Of a DNA stretch of 64,000 nucleotides, positions 62,088 through 64,000 are shown piece by piece. A program made the position numbers and the translations under genes. Source of the stretch: an uncultured delta proteobacterium (GTDB taxonomy: Bacteria; Desulfobacterota; Binatia; Binatales; Binataceae); NCBI GenBank assembly GCA_963765675.1, contig CAVXXK010000001.1, forward strand, positions 1,152,001 to 1,216,000. The letters are read 5' to 3'. Under the pieces are notes generated by a model that saw only the letters and a list, made by a program, of their open reading frames with translations, did no database searches and had not been told where the DNA came from. Positions within the stretch are counted from its first letter, which is position 1, and each line of letters begins with the position of its first letter.

Positions 62088-62156
62088 GACTTCATCGGAA
62101 ACAGAGACGTACTTGAATCCTCACGTGAGCCCAGCGCGGCCGCGACGGTGTAACTC

Positions 62157-63407
62157 GTGAATGATCAGAGTCCTTCGATGCCGCTTGCTGATCGGCGTTT
62201 CCCGCAGGGCGGCGATTGGCTGTCGCGTGAGCAATTGGCCAGCGTCACGACCGACGGGCTCGTCAATCGAACCGTCGCGCTGAAACCCTTGCTCGCCGCC
62301 AACAGCCGCGAAGCAGAACGGCTACGGCGGCCGGTCGACGCGGTCTGGAAAGCGCTGCGCGCGAGCGGAATCTTCTACCACTTCGTCCCTAAGATTTACG
62401 GCGGACTCGAGTTCGGCGTCGACGCGTTCATCGACGCGATGTTGCCGCTCGCCGAAGGATGCTCCTCAACCGGATGGGTGGCGGCGTTCTGCGTCGAGCA
62501 CAACTGGATGCTCGCCCATTTTTCAAAAGAGCTGCAGGACGAAACCTTTGGCGCCGGCTTCCCCTACATCATCGCACCGGGAGTTACCTTCCCGCCCGGA
62601 ATCATGTCGCCGGTTGCTGGCGGTTATCGCGTGACGGGCCAGTGGAAATGGGGCACGGGCGTGATGCATGCGGATTGGATTCTCGCGACGGCGATGCTGC
62701 CCAACGGTCCGCGCCCGCACCTGTATTTTATCGCCGTCCCGGCAGAACAGGCGATCGTCGTCGACACATGGCACATGGATGGGATGATCGGGACCGGCAG
62801 TAACGACATCGTGATGCGTGATGTCTTTGTGCCCGCTCATCGCGCCATCGACATGAAGGAAATGCAGGACGGCACCGCGCCGGGCTGCAAGCTGCATACG
62901 AATCCTTTGTACAGGATGCCGATGCTGCCGTTTCTGGCCGTCGCCGCGGCGATTCCGGCGGTCGGTACGGCGCGCCAAGCGGTCCGCTTGTTTCGCGAGC
63001 GACTCTCCAGACGCGTGATCGTCGGCACCGAGACTACCCAGGGCGAAAAGCCCGCCGCCCAGATGCGGCTGGCCAAAGCCCACGTGCTCACGACTACAGC
63101 CGAGACGATGATCCGGCAGGCGGCGAGAGAGAACTTCGCGCTGGCAGAAAAGGCCGCGCCCGCGAACGCCGACCAGCGCATCGAGCTGCGATGCCGTATC
63201 GCCTACGCCGTCAAATTCGCGCGCGAGGCGGTGCAAACCCTATCGGAGGCCGCCGGCGCAAGCGCCCATTCCCTGGACGATCCGCTCCAGCGCGCGCTTC
63301 GCGACATCAATACAATGTCGAGTCACGTGGTGTACGATCTCGACACTGTGCTCGAGCAGCAAGGCCGCGCGATGGTAGGTCTGCCGCCGAATACCGTGCT
63401 CGTCTGA
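62157..63407 (+). CDS. Acyl-CoA dehydrogenase-fold flavin-dependent monooxygenase (HsaA-like oxygenase subunit)
   Basis: VPKIYGGLE, GCSSTGW, GQWKWGTG..HADW, DTWHMDGMIGTGSND, PLQRALRD...H. Confidence 0.9.
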   Translation: MNDQSPSMPLADRRFPQGGDWLSREQLASVTTDGLVNRTVALKPLLAANSREAERLRRPVDAVWKALRASGIFYHFVPKIYGGLEFGVDAFIDAMLPLAEGCSSTGWVAAFCVEHNWMLAHFSKELQDETFGAGFPYIIAPGVTFPPGIMSPVAGGYRVTGQWKWGTGVMHADWILATAMLPNGPRPHLYFIAVPAEQAIVVDTWHMDGMIGTGSNDIVMRDVFVPAHRAIDMKEMQDGTAPGCKLHTNPLYRMPMLPFLAVAAAIPAVGTARQAVRLFRERLSRRVIVGTETTQGEKPAAQMRLAKAHVLTTTAETMIRQAARENFALAEKAAPANADQRIELRCRIAYAVKFAREAVQTLSEAAGASAHSLDDPLQRALRDINTMSSHVVYDLDTVLEQQGRAMVGLPPNTVLV

Positions 63408-63477
63408 CAACCGCTCAGTCGCACGGCTCTCGAAAGAATTCGATCGCCAGAGAGTGCGAGTTCATCGCCACTCAGGT

Positions 63478-63999
63478 TCAAAACGGGTTCTCGGTCGGCA
63501 GGCCCAAGGCGTAGCGCCCGAGTTGTTCTGAGACACGGTCCGGATGCGCGTTGATGTGCAACGGCATCGCCTGAAAGTCGCGATAGCGCCGCTCGAAAGA
63601 TTGCCCCTCGCGCAGTCCGTTGCCGCCAAGCACACGCAGGGTGAGCCGCATCGCATCGTCGCATAGCCGCAGGGCCATCATGCTGGCGCTGAGCTGCTCC
63701 AGATAATTGCCCTCCGTGGGAATTTGATGCGCCGCGATGCGGGCATCGGTTTTCGCGCAGGCGTCGTAGATAGTGGCGCGCGCCGCGGCGATTAGCGCGA
63801 CGGCCTGACCGAGATTCACGTGGATCGTGGGCCGCTCCGTCATCTTAACTCCCATGATGGCGACTCGTCCTTGGATGCCGCTGCAGGCTTCCTTTAGTGC
63901 CGCGTCGGCGACGCCGACCGCCATGCAGCCGAGCCAAAGATCCGAGAGCGCCACCCAGTCCTCGCGATAACGATCATCGATGACGCTATAAGCCGGATC
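63478..63999 (-). CDS. Acyl-CoA dehydrogenase family protein (5'-partial, runs off window)
   Basis: LRVLGGNGL...FERRYRD..AMPLH; frame open to the window edge. Confidence 0.85.
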   Translation of the reverse strand, partial: DPAYSVIDDRYREDWVALSDLWLGCMAVGVADAALKEACSGIQGRVAIMGVKMTERPTIHVNLGQAVALIAAARATIYDACAKTDARIAAHQIPTEGNYLEQLSASMMALRLCDDAMRLTLRVLGGNGLREGQSFERRYRDFQAMPLHINAHPDRVSEQLGRYALGLPTENPF

Positions 64000-64000
64000 G

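Noticed and set aside
61959-62153. 64-aa + strand ORF
   Set aside because: Antisense to the clearly recognisable CocE/NonD remnant

Overview
GC-rich bacterial window. Gene content (F420-type LLM enzyme, many PT-linker + choice-of-anchor-D secreted proteins) reminds me of Candidatus Binatota, but that is inference only. I found no rRNA, intact tRNA or CRISPR array. There are four blocks. (1) 1-5.4 kb: two tandem TAP-like lipoprotein hydrolases and a serine-recombinase remnant, bracketed by a diverged ~105-bp direct repeat containing a tRNA-T-arm-like motif. (2) 5.6-23.8 kb: a cell-surface locus with three large secreted proteins sharing a PT linker + Ig-like anchor, three tandem 8-Cys secreted paralogs of unknown function, and a DsbA-like oxidoreductase. 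An unannotated ~85-nt minus-strand sRNA candidate here has a terminator loop complementary over 29 nt to the ribosome-binding site of the first Cys-rich gene; this is the most novel-looking system in the window. (3) 23.9-36.5 kb: a broken M28 peptidase, a small basic DNA-binding protein, fur-katG and catabolic enzymes. (4) 36.6-60.3 kb: a sulfatase island with three arylsulfatases, a FadL-type porin, PqiAABC, an octaheme cytochrome-TPR protein and a FixJ/StyR-type two-component system, linked by three copies of the palindrome TTGTAC-N4-GTACAA. The window ends with an amidohydrolase, a CocE/NonD remnant missed by the ORF track, and two acyl-CoA-dehydrogenase-fold genes.
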